Shown piece by piece: positions 62,212 to 64,000 of a stretch of 64,000 bases of DNA (position 1 is the stretch's first letter; every line of letters starts with the position of its first letter). The notes beneath the pieces were generated by a model, which did not search any database, was not told where the DNA came from, and saw nothing but the letters and a program-made list of their open reading frames with translations. A program made the position numbers and the translations under genes. Source of the stretch: an uncultured Thermoleophilia bacterium. GTDB lineage: Bacteria > Actinomycetota > Thermoleophilia > UBA2241. Location of the stretch: NCBI GenBank assembly GCA_963715985.1, contig CAVQSP010000014.1, positions 256,001-320,000 of the forward strand, given 5' to 3'.

Positions 62212-63000
62212 TCAGGTCAGAAGTCCGGTCTCCCGCAGGTGCTCGAGGCTCGCGACCACGTACTCGTCGCGGTCGTGCTCGAGCACGACGGAGGCGCCGG
62301 CGGCGCGCGCGGCGGCCAGCACGGCTGCCGTGTCCACCACGCCGGTGCCCAGCGCCAGGTGCGGGTCGGCGTCATCGCCGGACCCGGCGTTGGAGTGGAG
62401 GTGCATGTGGCGCAGCGTGGCCTTGGGGTCCCCCAGCCAGGCGTCCAGGCACCCGGTGATGCTGGCGTGGCCGACGTCCAGGAGCAGCCCGAGGCCCTGC
62501 AGGTCGAGGTCGCCCGGGTGCGTGAAGTGAGAGTGTCCGGCGCCGGGCATGTTCTCGACGACGATCTCGATGCCGTACTGGTCCTGCAGCTCGAGCAGCC
62601 TCGTGAAGGAGGCGGCGAGCGCCGTCAGCACGAGCTCGTCACGCGGCGCGCCGTCCACCGGTCGCCAGTCGGGGTGCACCACGTACAGGCGCGCGCCGAT
62701 CTCGGCACTGGCCTCGAGGTGGCGGCGGTGCTCGTCGAGCGCCTCCAGCCTTGCGCTCTCGTCCACGTCGGCGATGCCCGTGTAGCCGAAGGGGCCGTGC
62801 ACGGTGTAGTCCAGGCCCGCCGCGGCGGCCGTGCGACGGTTGCGAGGGCTGAGCAGCGTGTGCAGGCCGAAGCTGCGGATCTCGGCGGACGGCGCCATCC
62901 CGGCCTCGACCTGCAGCTCCGCGATGCGGGCGAGGGCGGGGGTGAGCAGGGTGTCCGCGTACGCGCTGGTGGAGATGCCGATGTCGGGAAGGCCGGGCAC
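62212..63000 (-). CDS. Endonuclease IV-like TIM barrel metalloenzyme (paralog 3)
   Basis: TVHGP, VHP, ENMP, DVGH, HLHSN, DPH, LEH. Confidence 0.87.
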   Translation of the reverse strand: MPGLPDIGISTSAYADTLLTPALARIAELQVEAGMAPSAEIRSFGLHTLLSPRNRRTAAAAGLDYTVHGPFGYTGIADVDESARLEALDEHRRHLEASAEIGARLYVVHPDWRPVDGAPRDELVLTALAASFTRLLELQDQYGIEIVVENMPGAGHSHFTHPGDLDLQGLGLLLDVGHASITGCLDAWLGDPKATLRHMHLHSNAGSGDDADPHLALGTGVVDTAAVLAAARAAGASVVLEHDRDEYVVASLEHLRETGLLT

Positions 63001-63116
63001 GGGACACCAGTATGGCAGAGTACGTGGCGGCCTGCCGCCGGCTCGCGGTGGCGCCTCGGCACGGGTCGCCGGCGCCGCGGAGGTTCGTCCGCCGCTCGCG
63101 CGGGTAGGCTGCCCGC

Positions 63117-64000
63117 ATGGATACTTCACTGCGCAACAAGAACTCGGGCGTCGGGGAGTCGGTACGCTCGCCTTGCAGAGCTGCCCCTGGAGGTGGAGGA
63201 GTACTCGGTGGAGCGCGCCGAGCTGGACGTCTCCAGCGGCTTTCTCCGCGTCACCACCACCGTCGTGCTGCGCGGGGGCGGCTTCGAGGGGCGCGGGGAG
63301 GACGTCACCTACGCGGCCGAGGACCACGACGACTTCCCGGCGGCACTGCCGCTGGCCGGGTCGTGGTCGTTCGGCGGCTTCTCAGAGCATCTCGGCGGCC
63401 TGGACCTGTTCCCCGGCAGGCCCCCGCAGCAGGAGTTCTTCCGCCGGTACCGGCGCTGGGGCTTCGAGAGCGCCGCGCTGGACCTGGCCCTGCGACAGCG
63501 GGGCCAGTCGCTGGGGGCGGCGCTCGGGCGCGAGTACCGGCCGGTGCGCTTCGCCGTCTCCACGCGCCTGGACATCATGCCGTGGCTTGCCGTGGACCCC
63601 CGGCTGGAGTTCAAGCTCGACCCCACTCCCGAGTGGGACCTCGAGACGATGCGCCGCATCGCCGCCACGGGTCGGGTGCGCGTCATCGACTTCAAGTCGT
63701 TCTACGAGGGTTCTCCAGTGGACAACCCACCTGACCCGGTCCAGTACCGCGACGCGGCCGACACCTTCACCGGCGCCGTGCTCGAGGATCCAGCGCTGAC
63801 CGGGCCTGCCAGAGACGCTCTGAGCGGGGAAGAGGCCCGCTTCAGCTTCGACGCGCCCGTCCATTCGTGGGCCGACGTGGAGGCTCTCACCGGGCGAGTG
63901 CGTGAGGGAGCGCCGGGCGGTGCGGACGGCCTCCCGGCCCTTCGCCACCTCAACATCAAGCCGTCGCGCTTCGGCTCGGTGCGCGCGCTGCTGGAGTGTA
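63117..64000 (+). CDS. Enolase-superfamily-like protein (probable frameshift near 63160; truncated at window end)
   Basis: Frame from 63163 reads YARLAELPLEV...RVTTTVVL...GRGEDVTY...WGFESAALDLAL...FKLD...DFK...EDP...SFDAP...NIKPSRFGS. Confidence 0.7.

Overview
This is a high-GC chromosomal window, probably from an actinomycete such as Thermoleophilia. That placement is inferred from GC content, apparent leaderless starts and a Firmicutes-like hrcA-dnaJ-prmA-mtaB-yqeY-phoH-ybeY-dgkA-cdd-era gene order. The first ~37 kb is mostly housekeeping: ftsQ end, ftsZ, secDF, tRNA-Ala, leuS, comEA/comEC, holA, rpsT, murJ, lepA, hemW, the hrcA..era operon, deoC and hisI, with small accessory inserts. From 37 to 43 kb there are envelope glycosylation genes, a lytic transglycosylase and tRNA-Leu. 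Two accessory loci stand out. (1) 43.4-49.6 kb is a complete Dlt-like trans-membrane acyl-relay operon: an Fe-S flavoprotein, an ACP, a DltX-like peptide ending FRYVGF, an adenylation enzyme that lacks the amino-acid-binding Asp, an MBOAT and two DltD-like SGNH proteins. It probably installs something other than D-Ala. (2) 52.7-63.0 kb is a co-oriented run in which a module of an endonuclease-IV-fold metalloenzyme plus a cNMP-CBS-DUF294 nucleotidyltransferase occurs twice, bracketing a GAF-GAF-GGDEF cyclase and a MoxR/VWA pair. This is a candidate writer/eraser nucleotidylation signalling system. Also seen are a CTAG-bounded ~51 bp dispersed repeat and a candidate structured RNA after secF. 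About ten genes, including lepA, carry frameshifts that are most likely sequencing or assembly errors. All calls come from reading motifs by eye; no database search was run.
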